NCBI GenBank assembly: GCA_963775425.1
Contig: CAVZJB010000001.1
Coordinates: forward strand, 21,927 to 85,926
Direction: 5' to 3'
Length of the DNA stretch: 64,000 bases
Origin: an uncultured delta proteobacterium
Lineage (GTDB): Bacteria; Myxococcota; UBA727; VGSZ01
The stretch's first letter is position 1. Each line of letters opens with the position of its first letter. Below are positions 33,399 through 43,258 of this stretch, in pieces. A model generated the notes under the pieces. That model saw nothing but the letters and a program-made list of their open reading frames with translations. It had not been told where the DNA came from and did not search any database. A program made the translations under genes and the position numbers.

Positions 33399-34249
33399 AT
33401 GCGCGCCTTCGTCGTCGCCCTGAGCCTGTGTGCCGTCTCCCTCGTCGCTGCCTGCGCCCTGATTTCCGGCGGATACGCATGCGACGGGTCGGAGAACTGC
33501 CCCGCCGCAGACACGTGCGTCGCCGGCGTCTGCCAGGCCGGCGAAGGAGAAGGCGAAGGAGAAGAAGGCGAAGGCGAGGGCGAAGGCGAAGGAGAAGGAG
33601 AGGGCGAAGGAGAAGGCGAGGGCGAAGGAGAGGGCGAGGGCGAGGGCGAAGGCGAAGGAGAAGGAGAAGGAGAGGGCGAGGGCGAGGGCGAAGGAGAAGG
33701 AGAGGGTGAAGGCGAGGGTGAGGGTGAGGGAGAAGGAGAGGGCGAAGGAGAAGGCGACGGCTGCATCCTCGTCGCCGGCGACGTCAACGCGACCAACAAC
33801 GGCGGCCGGCCCAACTTCCCCGGCAGCACCGAGTGCATCGACCTCATCGGCAGCGTCACGCTGTCGGGCAACCTGAACGACCTCGGCGACCAGCTCCCGC
33901 GGCTGCACAACGTCAACGGCTCGTTCACCGTCAACAGCCCCAACCTCGGCAGCGCCGCCTTCGACGCGCTCACGCAGCTCGACACCATCGACGGCGACGT
34001 CACCATCGAGAACTTCGGGGCCGGCTACGGCGCGGTCTCGCTCGGCACCGTCCGACTCATCACCGGCGACCTCAGCGTCGTGGACAACACGCAGGCCACG
34101 GCGATCGCCCTGCCCGCGCTCACCAACGTCGCCGGCAGCACCACGGTCACGGGCAACACCGCGCTGTGCACGAGCGTGATCGACGCGTTCTTCTCCCGGG
34201 TGAGCTCCACCGGCGGGGAGACGCAGAGCGGCAACAAGGAAGGCTGCTG

Positions 34250-34250
<1 letters not shown>
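33399..34250 (+). CDS. EG-repeat lipoprotein with receptor-L/LRR-like beta-helix
   Basis: Lipobox VAAC, Cys module, about 72-aa GE tract, LxxIxGxLxI repeats (LDTIDGDVTI, LITGDLSV, LTNVAGSTTV). Confidence 0.8.
33540..33755 (+). repeat. (Gly-Glu)n coding tract with mixed codons
   Basis: GGC/GGA/GGT and GAA/GAG alternate over about 216 nt. Confidence 0.95.
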
Positions 34251-34999
<749 letters not shown>

Positions 35000-35047
35000 G
35001 CAGGGCTTGCCCCCCTCCGGATATGCGCCTGCGGGGGCGCGTGCGGG

Positions 35048-35488
35048 TCACCGCAGGACGCGGCGCAGCTTGGCGACGAGCTCGAAGTAGGTCTTCTTGT
35101 CGTACGGCTCGTTCAGGATGTGGAAGTCCTTCTTGGACAACCCCACGCACCCGAAGCAGTAGGTGCAGTCCGCGCAGGCCTCGCACTTCTCGAGGTACTT
35201 GCTGCCCACGCAGCGCTGGCTCGACGAGCAATAGGCGCTCTGGTGGCAGGACTCGCAGTCCTTGCAGTGCGTGCAGTTGGAGCACTGGGTGGAGCGCTCG
35301 CAGTGCGTGCAGCGATAGCAGTCGATGCACGACGAGCAGAACATGCACGCGGAGCAGGAGCGGCAGTCCTTGAGCTGGAACCCGAGCGGGTTGTCGGCGC
35401 CGCGCGTGTAGGCGCCCTTGAGCTCGGCCAGGGCCCTCTCGAACTCGCGCGCGTCGAGGGGGGCGGTCGCGCGTTCGGTGGCCGTCAC
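35048..35488 (-). CDS. Cys-rich (CxxC)n protein, the myxobacterial family often annotated 'caib/baif'
   Basis: GTG at 35488 overlaps the porin stop; about 20 Cys at period 3, ending CFGCVGLSKKDFHILN. Confidence 0.75.
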   Translation of the reverse strand: MTATERATAPLDAREFERALAELKGAYTRGADNPLGFQLKDCRSCSACMFCSSCIDCYRCTHCERSTQCSNCTHCKDCESCHQSAYCSSSQRCVGSKYLEKCEACADCTYCFGCVGLSKKDFHILNEPYDKKTYFELVAKLRRVLR

Positions 35489-36942
35489 AGCTCGATCTGG
35501 AACAGCGCCGTGAGGCGGTTGTCGGCGATGTCGCGCGCCTGGACGTTGTGAGCGAGGTCCCCGAGCTCGGTGAGCACGGTGTAGTCGACGAGGAACGACA
35601 GCGGCAGCTTCCGCGCGTCGCCGTCGACGCGGACGCCGATGGTGTTTTCGAGGAGCTGATCGGTCTGGAACGAGCTCGAGGGATCGTAGAAGGACACGCG
35701 GTACGCGGGCGTGACGCTCACGCCGAAGTCGTCGACGAGGTCGAGCTTGTAGCCGAGCCACAAGGCGGCGCCCGACGCCGTCTCCTGGCCCGCGGGGTTT
35801 TGCGGATCGGGCACCAGCGTGGTGAGCGCCGTCTGGCGCCCCTCGAGCTCCACCACCGCCTCGAAGCCCGCGACGTCGACCTCGCTGTCGACGAAGAGCA
35901 CGGCGTCGGTCTCCGTGTAGAGGTTCGGCAGCGTGCCCACGGTGCGCGGGTTGAAGCGGCCGCCGACGCCGACCTTGAGGATGTCGCCCCAGCCGCTGCC
36001 GAGGCGCAGGTAGGCCGCGGGCAGCTTGTTGTCGTTGCCGAGCAGGTTCTGGCCGTTGCCGTTGCTGATGCCGAGCCGGTACTCGAGCGGGATGTCCGCG
36101 TTGAGGCGCAGGCCCTCGGCGCTGCCGACGACGATGCCGATCTGCCGCCCGGGGGACAGGCCGGCGACGGCGTTGCCCTCGCCGTTGCGCACGCCGCCGG
36201 CCATGACGGACGGGTGCGTGAAGGGGATCTCGGCGGCGACGTCGCCGCCCTCGTACTCGGACGGCATGATCTGCTGCCCGGCCTGCACGATGATCCAGCG
36301 CGACGGCGTCCACGCCACCCACGCGTCGGTGGCCGCCGCCAGCAGCGGGGTGATCGGGTCGTTGGGGTGGCCGCCCGGCAGGAGGCTCGCGGTCTCGACG
36401 GTGAGCTTGAAGCGCACGCGGTTTTCCACGTTGCCCTCGGCGCCGATGCGCGCGGAGTCGAGGAAGAAGCCGTCGTTCTCGCCGATGTAGAGGATCTGGC
36501 TGTCGGGCTCCACGAACTTGAAGCCCGGGCGGATGCGCACCTTGGGCCAGATCGCGACGACGTCGTTCTTGAAGCACAGGAGCGTGCCGTCGGGGCAGCC
36601 GAGCTCGGGCTCCGCCCACGGCGGAAACGCGCTCCTCGTCGCCTCCGCGGCCGGCTGCGCGGCCGTCGCGGCCGGCTCGTCGGCCGCGGGCTTGTCGGCC
36701 GCGGGCGTGCCGGCCGCGGGTGTGCCGGCCGCGGGTGTGCCGGCCGCGGGCTTGTCGGCCGGCGCGTCGGCCGCGGGCTTGTCGGCGGGCGCGTCCGCCG
36801 CGGGCGCGGGCTTGTCGGCCGGCTTGTCCGCGGGGGCGGGGGCGGGGGCCGACGGGGCTTCGCCCTCGGCGAGCGCGGCCGTGGCGCTGGACAGGGCACC
36901 GGCCAGGGCGAACAGCGGGAGCGACAACAGGGGGGCGCGCAT
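35485..36942 (-). CDS. Putative outer-membrane beta-barrel porin
   Basis: Signal peptide, Pro/Ala linker (PAADKPAA repeats), GFFLDSARIG, DAWVAW, AGQ, GISNGNG; C-terminal strand LFQIEL. Confidence 0.7.
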   Translation of the reverse strand: MRAPLLSLPLFALAGALSSATAALAEGEAPSAPAPAPADKPADKPAPAADAPADKPAADAPADKPAAGTPAAGTPAAGTPAADKPAADEPAATAAQPAAEATRSAFPPWAEPELGCPDGTLLCFKNDVVAIWPKVRIRPGFKFVEPDSQILYIGENDGFFLDSARIGAEGNVENRVRFKLTVETASLLPGGHPNDPITPLLAAATDAWVAWTPSRWIIVQAGQQIMPSEYEGGDVAAEIPFTHPSVMAGGVRNGEGNAVAGLSPGRQIGIVVGSAEGLRLNADIPLEYRLGISNGNGQNLLGNDNKLPAAYLRLGSGWGDILKVGVGGRFNPRTVGTLPNLYTETDAVLFVDSEVDVAGFEAVVELEGRQTALTTLVPDPQNPAGQETASGAALWLGYKLDLVDDFGVSVTPAYRVSFYDPSSSFQTDQLLENTIGVRVDGDARKLPLSFLVDYTVLTELGDLAHNVQARDIADNRLTALFQIEL

Positions 36943-36999
36943 GGGAGTCCTCCGACGCGCGTTCGTCTATCTCAACCGTGCGGCCACGTCACTCTCCGG

Positions 37000-37437
37000 T
37001 CACTCTCCCTGGGCGGCGATGACGACGCGGCCGATGCCCTCCTCCTTCACCTTGTCCATGACCTCGACGACGCGGCCGTGGAGGACCTCGGCGTCGGCCT
37101 GGATGATCACCATCCCGGTCGGGTGGTCCTTGCGCCAATCGTCGAGGATCGGGGGCAGATCGTCGGTGCCCACGGACTTCCCGCGGACCACGAGCAGGCC
37201 CTCCTTGGTGAGGGCGATGACCAGGTCGTGCTCCTGGATCTTCTTGTCCGCCGCCGCCGCCGCCGGCAGCTCCACCACCAGCCCGCTGCTGGTGGCCCCG
37301 GTGGTGAAGCTCGTCGACAGGATGAAGAAGACCAGCAGGTTGAAGATGATGTCGACGAAGCTCGTGACGTTGAGCTCGATCTGCATCCGCCTGGCCTTCT
37401 TGCCGCCGCGAAAGTCCACGTCGCCAATGTAGGTCAC
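37000..37437 (-). CDS. exbD: ExbD/TolR biopolymer transport protein
   Basis: LNVTSFVDIIFNLLVFF TM with conserved Asp, VELP, IIQADAEVLHGRVVEVMD. Confidence 0.88.
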   Translation of the reverse strand: MTYIGDVDFRGGKKARRMQIELNVTSFVDIIFNLLVFFILSTSFTTGATSSGLVVELPAAAAADKKIQEHDLVIALTKEGLLVVRGKSVGTDDLPPILDDWRKDHPTGMVIIQADAEVLHGRVVEVMDKVKEEGIGRVVIAAQGE

Positions 37438-37462
37438 CGGGGGCTGCTAGTCTTGTGTCCGT

Positions 37463-39775
37463 ATGGTCCGATCCCGATCCGGCGTGTCCTCCCCGGGGGA
37501 ACCCACGCGCGCCGAGCGCGGCCCTGCGCCCCGCGTGGCGTCGGCGTCGTCGTCCGCGTCGGGGACGGGGCGCGGGCGCGGGCGCGCGAGCGCGAGCGGC
37601 AGCGGGGGCGCGGGCGCCTCCCTGCTCGCCGACGACGAGATCGAGGAGGAGACCCTCAGCGCCGACGATCACCGCCGGCCGGCGACGGAGCCGCTGCCGG
37701 CGAGCGAGCGGCCCTTCGGCCGCTACCACCTGCTCCGCCGGCTCGCTTACGGCGGCATGGGCGAGATCTTCCTCGCGCGCCAGGGCGGCGTGGGCTCGCT
37801 CGCCACCGTCGAGAAGCTCGTCGTCATCAAGCGGATCCTCGGGCACATGAAGCGGGACGAGAAGCACCGCCGCATGTTCCTCGACGAGGCGCGGCTCCAG
37901 GCGCTCCTGAACAACCCCCACATCGTGCAGATCCACGACATGGGGGAGGAGAACGGCCACGTCTACCTCGCCATGGAGCACGTGCACGGCCCCTCGTGGC
38001 GTGCGCTCATCGATCGCTGCCGCAAGAACCGCGAGCACATCCCGCTCGCGCATGTCTGCGCGATGATGGCGCAGGCGGCGCGCGGGCTCTCCTACGCGCA
38101 CAACCTCGTCGACGTCACGGGCTCGCCGCTGCGCATCGTCCACCGGGACATCAACCCGCACAACATCCTCGTCACCTACGACGGCGAGGTGAAGCTCATC
38201 GACTTCGGCATCGCCAAGAGCGAGCTCGCGGACGGCAACACCGAGACGGGCACCATCAAGGGCAAGTTCTCGTACATGTCCCCGGAGCAGAGCGCGGCGC
38301 TGCCCCTCGACGCGCGCAGCGACATCTTCACCCTCGGCATCTGTCTGTACGAGCTCATCACGCTCGAAAACCCGTTCCGCAAGGGCAACGTCGTGCTCTC
38401 GCTCGAGGCCATCCAGCGCGAGACGCCGGCGCCCCTCGCAAAGAAGCGCAAGGACGCGGCGGTGCTGCAGTCCGTCGTCGACCGTTGCCTCGCCAAGGAC
38501 CGCGAGGATCGCTTCGACGACGCCGGCGAGGTCGCCGTCGCCCTCGAGGCCCTGCTGCACGACGGCGTGATCCCGCCGGCGGCGCAGTCGCTCGGCGCCT
38601 GGCTGCGCGAGCGCTTCACCGACGCCATCGCCGAGCACCTGCACATCCTCGAGCAGACCGGCTCCACCGGCGCCCTCGTCACCCGCGGCTCCGATGCGTC
38701 CTTGCCCCGGCGGCGCCCGTCGCTGCCGTCGGACGGCCGGGTCGGGCCCAACGACCCCACCGCGGCGCGCCTCGACCTGCCGTCGCCCGCCGAGCTCACC
38801 GTCGCCGCGCCCGAGCCCCTTGAGGCCGCGCCCGTGGAGCTGACGTCGCAGACCCCCGCGGAGTCCTACGACGTCTCCTCGATGTCGGTGGTGGCGCAAA
38901 AGCCGCGCTCCCGCGTGCCCATCGTCGCCGCCGCCGCGTTCCTCATCGTCGTGCTCGGGCTCGGCGTCGGCGTCGCCGTCGCGTTCGCCGTGGAGCCCGA
39001 GGCCGCCGGCGCCCTGCTCGCCGCCGCCGTCGACTCCGTGGACCGGAGCGCGCCGCCGCCGATCCCCGCGCTGCCGACCGCGCTGCCGACCCCGGGCCAG
39101 CCCCCGGAGCTGACCACCGCGCCCGCGGACCCGGGCAAGGACCCGCCCGCCACGGGCGGCGCCGACCCCGCCGGCACCCCCGACACGGGCAGCCCAGACA
39201 CGGGCAGCCCAGACACGGGCAGCCCAGACACGGGCAGCCCAGACACGGGCAGCCCCGACACGGGCGCCGCCGACACGGGCAGCCCCGACACGGGCGCCCC
39301 CGACACGGGCAGCCCCGACACGGGCGACACGGGCGCGACGGGCGATCCCGGCGGCGAGGCCCGCGACGACGTCGTCGCCAAGCCGCGGCACCACGTGCGC
39401 CACGCCGAGGCGTCATCGACGCGGCACAAGCACGTGGAGCCCGACAAGAAGCCGCCGGCGAAGCCCGTGGTGGCCTCGGTGTCGGTGACGTCCGAGGGCT
39501 ACGCCGTGCGGGGCGGGCGGAAGATCTACGAGGGCGAGGCCACCACGCTGTCCATCAACCACGACGACGGGGCGCCCTTCACCGTGCGCTTCAAGGTGCG
39601 GGCGGACTCCTTCGACGTCGACAGCGAGCCCTGGGCCATCGTGCGCGTGAACGGCCTCGGCAAGGGGCGCACGCCCCAGCGCGGCCTCCCGCTCGGCACC
39701 CGGCGCGCCCAGATCGAGCTCGTGAATCCCGCCGGCGGCAAGATGACGGTATCGTTGAAGCTCACGCCCAAGTAG
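37463..39775 (+). CDS. Membrane Ser/Thr protein kinase with PDTGS repeats and PEGA-like C-terminus
   Basis: LAYGGMGEIF, VVIK, HRDINPHN, DFG, GKFSYMSPEQ, DIFTLG; TM; VDSEPWAIVRVNG...GRTP. Confidence 0.92.
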   Translation: MVRSRSGVSSPGEPTRAERGPAPRVASASSSASGTGRGRGRASASGSGGAGASLLADDEIEEETLSADDHRRPATEPLPASERPFGRYHLLRRLAYGGMGEIFLARQGGVGSLATVEKLVVIKRILGHMKRDEKHRRMFLDEARLQALLNNPHIVQIHDMGEENGHVYLAMEHVHGPSWRALIDRCRKNREHIPLAHVCAMMAQAARGLSYAHNLVDVTGSPLRIVHRDINPHNILVTYDGEVKLIDFGIAKSELADGNTETGTIKGKFSYMSPEQSAALPLDARSDIFTLGICLYELITLENPFRKGNVVLSLEAIQRETPAPLAKKRKDAAVLQSVVDRCLAKDREDRFDDAGEVAVALEALLHDGVIPPAAQSLGAWLRERFTDAIAEHLHILEQTGSTGALVTRGSDASLPRRRPSLPSDGRVGPNDPTAARLDLPSPAELTVAAPEPLEAAPVELTSQTPAESYDVSSMSVVAQKPRSRVPIVAAAAFLIVVLGLGVGVAVAFAVEPEAAGALLAAAVDSVDRSAPPPIPALPTALPTPGQPPELTTAPADPGKDPPATGGADPAGTPDTGSPDTGSPDTGSPDTGSPDTGSPDTGAADTGSPDTGAPDTGSPDTGDTGATGDPGGEARDDVVAKPRHHVRHAEASSTRHKHVEPDKKPPAKPVVASVSVTSEGYAVRGGRKIYEGEATTLSINHDDGAPFTVRFKVRADSFDVDSEPWAIVRVNGLGKGRTPQRGLPLGTRRAQIELVNPAGGKMTVSLKLTPK
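39179..39334 (+). repeat. 15-bp coding tandem repeat, (PDTGS) x about 10
   Basis: CC(A/C)GACACGGGCAGC units in the kinase's extracytoplasmic stalk. Confidence 0.9.
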
Positions 39776-39791
39776 GGCATGACCGGTCTCG

Positions 39792-41057
39792 ATGAGTCAT
39801 CCGCTGAAGCCACGCTTTGATGCTGTCCGCCGTGAGCTGGAGCAGAAGTTCCTCGCCAAGGAGGAGATCATCCGCCTCATGCTCGTGGCGGCCGTGGCCG
39901 GCGAGCACATGGTGCTCATCGGGCCGCCCGGCACCGCCAAGTCCGCGCTGATCCGCGCCTTCGCGCGGCTGATGGACGCGCGCTACTTCGAGTACCTGCT
40001 CACGCGCTTCTCGGAGCCCAACGAGCTGTTCGGCCCCGTGGACATCCAGAGCTTCCGCTCGGGCGCCTACCGCCGCGTCGTCACCAACATGCTCCCCGAG
40101 GCGGAGATCGTCTTCCTCGACGAGGCCTTCAAGGCCAACTCCGCCATCCTCAACTCGCTGCTCACGCTCCTGAACGAGCGCCGCTTCAACAACGGCAGCC
40201 AGCTCGTGAAGGTGCCGCTCATCTCCCTGTACGCGGCGTCCAACGAGGTGCCGTCGAGCGACAACCTCGACGCCATCTTCGACCGCTTCCTGCTGCGCGT
40301 GCACAGCGACAACCTCGACAGCTACCACTTCCACGAATTGATGACGAAGGGCCTGGCCCTCGAGCGCGCCTCCACCCGCGACGAGACCGGCGCGGTGCCT
40401 GCGCCGCCGCCGCTCCCGCCGTTCAAGGAGGCCTCGGGCGAGTACGGCAAGGCCAACCCCGCCGCGCCCGGCGCGCGCGGGTCGACGCTGCTGTCTGCCG
40501 CCGATCTGCACACCTGCCGGCGCACGCTGCTGGATCGCGTCGAGTTCCCCGAGGAATTCCTCGCCACCTACAAGGGCCTGTGCTTCCAGCTCCGCGGCGA
40601 GGGCATCACGCTCTCGGACCGCCGCGTCGTCCGGCTGTTGAAGCTCTTCGCGGCGTCGGCGTTCATCGAGGGGCGGACGCGGGTGCACGAGGGCGACCTC
40701 TTCATCCTGCGCCACGTGTGGAACAACCTCGACCAGCGCGAGATCCTCGACGACGTCGTCGAGCCCGTGATCGCCCAGTACTACGCCGAGCACCCCGACG
40801 ACCGCCCCCACCAGGTCGCGGCGGACATCGACCGGCTGGTGAGCGAGCTGAACCTCGTGCACCGCATGCTCACCCAGGGCGGCGAGCTGTCGGACATCCA
40901 GCTCTTCACGCAGCTGCGCAACTTGAACGACCTGCGCTCGGCCTTCTCGGCCCACGGCGGCGACACCGCCCAGCGCATGATCAAGCAGATCGACGTGCTC
41001 CTCGAGCAGATCTTCGAGGGCGGCCGCTTCGCCGGCAACCAACCCGCCGTGCGCTGA
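39792..41057 (+). CDS. MoxR-family AAA+ ATPase, RavA-like
   Basis: GPPGTAKS, YFEYLLTRFSEPNELFGP, FLDEAFKANSAILNSLL, ASNE, FDRFLLR, SDRR. Confidence 0.92.
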   Translation: MSHPLKPRFDAVRRELEQKFLAKEEIIRLMLVAAVAGEHMVLIGPPGTAKSALIRAFARLMDARYFEYLLTRFSEPNELFGPVDIQSFRSGAYRRVVTNMLPEAEIVFLDEAFKANSAILNSLLTLLNERRFNNGSQLVKVPLISLYAASNEVPSSDNLDAIFDRFLLRVHSDNLDSYHFHELMTKGLALERASTRDETGAVPAPPPLPPFKEASGEYGKANPAAPGARGSTLLSAADLHTCRRTLLDRVEFPEEFLATYKGLCFQLRGEGITLSDRRVVRLLKLFAASAFIEGRTRVHEGDLFILRHVWNNLDQREILDDVVEPVIAQYYAEHPDDRPHQVAADIDRLVSELNLVHRMLTQGGELSDIQLFTQLRNLNDLRSAFSAHGGDTAQRMIKQIDVLLEQIFEGGRFAGNQPAVR

Positions 41058-41131
41058 AGGCTGACGAAAGACAAGGCTCGTAGCAGCACTCGGCGAAGCC
41101 GCCCACAAGGTGGCTCGCCGCGCGGAGTACG
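41057..41131. repeat. 75-bp intergenic palindromic repeat, copy 2
   Basis: 73/75 identical to 6738..6812, same orientation, also abutting a + strand TGA. Confidence 0.9.
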
Positions 41132-41150
41132 GGCCAGCCCCGAAAAGACA

Positions 41151-41174
41151 CGCGCGGCCTCGGAGGGCCGCGCG
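41151..41174. terminator. GC-rich hairpin between convergent genes
   Basis: CGCGCGGCC-TCGGAG-GGCCGCGCG 9-bp stem with no strong U-tract. Confidence 0.4.
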
Positions 41175-41219
41175 CGGATCGACGGGGGGAGGGGACGTCG
41201 ATCGAGAGATCGATTCGAA

Positions 41220-41774
41220 TCAGCCGATGGGCTGGGTGGCGCCGTCGAGGCTGTCGCCGGCGTGGGAGCAGCCGTCGCCGGCGGCGTTGGCGTCGGCGAT
41301 GTGCTGGGAGAGCGCGCTCTGGTCGACGTCGCCGGGGACGTTCTGGCAGACCTGCGAGCAGCCTTCGCAGCCGCACTGCTGCGAGCACTGCTGCTGGTCG
41401 GGCGGGCTGAGGTCGTCGCTGATCTCCGAGCCCGCCTCGGCGGCGAGCGCCGAGACGCGCACGGCGTCGGCGACGTCGGGGTCATTGGGGTCGAGCGACT
41501 GGGCGTCCTGCTGCACCTGGGTCGCGATGCCGGCGAGCTGGATGGCGAGCTCCTGGGCCTGCGCCCGGTCGCGCACGGTGCCCGCCTGTGCGGCGAGGTA
41601 CGCCTGCGACGCCGCCGCGCGGATGTTGCCCACGAGGGCCGCGTGCACGTCCTGGCTCGGCTGCGTCGCCGCGTCGTCCACCGGCTTGCCGCTCACCGAC
41701 GACACCGGGTCGTAGGCGCCGCCGAAGCAGGCGGACAGGGAGAGGGCGGCGGTGGCGGCGAGGAGAATGCGCAT
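41220..41774 (-). CDS. Lipoprotein, helical with Cys cluster
   Basis: GGAGG RBS, MRILLAATAALSLSAC lipobox, CSQQCGCEGCSQVC. Confidence 0.7.
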   Translation of the reverse strand: MRILLAATAALSLSACFGGAYDPVSSVSGKPVDDAATQPSQDVHAALVGNIRAAASQAYLAAQAGTVRDRAQAQELAIQLAGIATQVQQDAQSLDPNDPDVADAVRVSALAAEAGSEISDDLSPPDQQQCSQQCGCEGCSQVCQNVPGDVDQSALSQHIADANAAGDGCSHAGDSLDGATQPIG

Positions 41775-41916
41775 CGGGGGACCTCCGTGGGCTCCCTCCT
41801 TTTTCACGCGCCGTGCCCGGGAGGCCGCCGCGTCCGGCCGCGGTGTAACCCTGGGGCGGCAGCCCTCGATCGCGGGGCGCGGGGTGGGGCGACCCCGCGC
41901 CCGCCGGGGGCGACGC

Positions 41917-43191
41917 TCACGAGCCGCGCAGCACGTAGTAGGCGGTGGCGACGGCGACGAAGAGCGCCACGAGGGCGCCGAGGATGGGCAGCAGGCGGGA
42001 GCCGCGCGCGGCGTCGGCGTCCCACAAGGGCAGCTCCTCGGGCTCGAGCGTGGCCGACAGCGAAGGCAGGGGGACCTCCATCACCTTCGCCTTGATCGGC
42101 CCGCCGACGGCCTGGCCGTTCACCACCCACAATCCGCTCTCGACGACGTCGCTGCTCCACAGGCGCGGGTCGTCGACGGGAGCGCCGGGCGCGAGCGGGG
42201 CCACGGCCGCCGGCGCCACGGGGGCGTCGGACAAGAGCGCGCCGACGACGTCCTCGACCGACGGCGGCGGCGCCGGCAGCGACGGCGATGACGACCCGGG
42301 TGGCGGCGGGAACGGCCGCGCCGGCGGCGGCAGCGACGGCGACGGCGACGGCGACGGCGGGGCGGGAGCCGCCGCGACGCGGCCGAGGACGAGGCCGAGG
42401 GCGCGCACGTCCTCGAAGCGCCGCTCGGGGTCGGGCGAGAGGATGCGCATGATCATCGCTTCGAGGAGCGCCGGGATGTCGGGGCGGAGGGAGCGCGGCG
42501 CGGGCGGCGCGGTGTTCAACATGGCGTTCAGGAGGAACGCGTCCTTCTGCGGGTAGGGGAGCTGGCCCGTGGCCGCCTTGTAGAGGACGACGCCGAGCGC
42601 GTACTGATCGCTCTTCGCGGTGGCGGGGTTCCCGAGCCAGACCTCGGGGGCGATGAACGAGCGCGTGCCGATCAGCATCCCCGGCGTCGTCAGCGACGAC
42701 TGCAGATCGGTGGCCTTGGCGAGGCCGAAGTCGAGGAGCTTCACCTCGTCTTGCGCGTTGACGATGACGTTGCCGGGCTTGAGGTCACGGTGGATGACGC
42801 CGACGTCGTGGGCCGCCGTGAGCGCGGCGCACATCGCGCGACCGATGGCGAGGAGCTGCGGCAGCGGGAGCTGCGTGTGGTTCTTGAGGAGCTCGTGCAG
42901 CGGGGCGCCCTCGGCGTACTCCATCGTGATGAACACGCTCGTCCCTGCGCGCTCGAGGGCGTACAGGCGGCACACGCCCGGATGTGAGATGCGGCTCGTG
43001 AGCGTGATCTCGCGGCGCGCGCGCTCGAGGAGCTCGGGGTGCGCCACCACCCCCGGGTGCAGGAGCTTCACGCACAAAGGCGCGTTGTTGCGCGTGTCGA
43101 CGGCAAAATAGGCGACGCCCGTCGAGCCGCGGCCGAGCTCGCGCTGCAAAGTGTACGGGCCGAGGCGTTGCCCTCCGAGGCCATCGCTCAC
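41917..43191 (-). CDS. Ser/Thr protein kinase with C-terminal TM
   Basis: LGRGSTG, CVK, HRDLKPGN, DFG, APE, DQYALG; Pro-rich linker; probable GTG start at 43191. Confidence 0.9.
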   Translation of the reverse strand: MSDGLGGQRLGPYTLQRELGRGSTGVAYFAVDTRNNAPLCVKLLHPGVVAHPELLERARREITLTSRISHPGVCRLYALERAGTSVFITMEYAEGAPLHELLKNHTQLPLPQLLAIGRAMCAALTAAHDVGVIHRDLKPGNVIVNAQDEVKLLDFGLAKATDLQSSLTTPGMLIGTRSFIAPEVWLGNPATAKSDQYALGVVLYKAATGQLPYPQKDAFLLNAMLNTAPPAPRSLRPDIPALLEAMIMRILSPDPERRFEDVRALGLVLGRVAAAPAPPSPSPSPSLPPPARPFPPPPGSSSPSLPAPPPSVEDVVGALLSDAPVAPAAVAPLAPGAPVDDPRLWSSDVVESGLWVVNGQAVGGPIKAKVMEVPLPSLSATLEPEELPLWDADAARGSRLLPILGALVALFVAVATAYYVLRGS

Positions 43192-43258
43192 ACGCGGAAC
43201 GCTAGCAGCCCCAACGGCGCCGGGGGAACCTGCCCCGACGCACGCGCCTGGCGCGCCC

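Noticed and set aside
33159-34006. Minus-strand ORFs with (SP)n or (FA/FS)n repeats
   Set aside because: They are antisense readings of the GE tract; the plus frame has a lipobox and a coherent domain layout.
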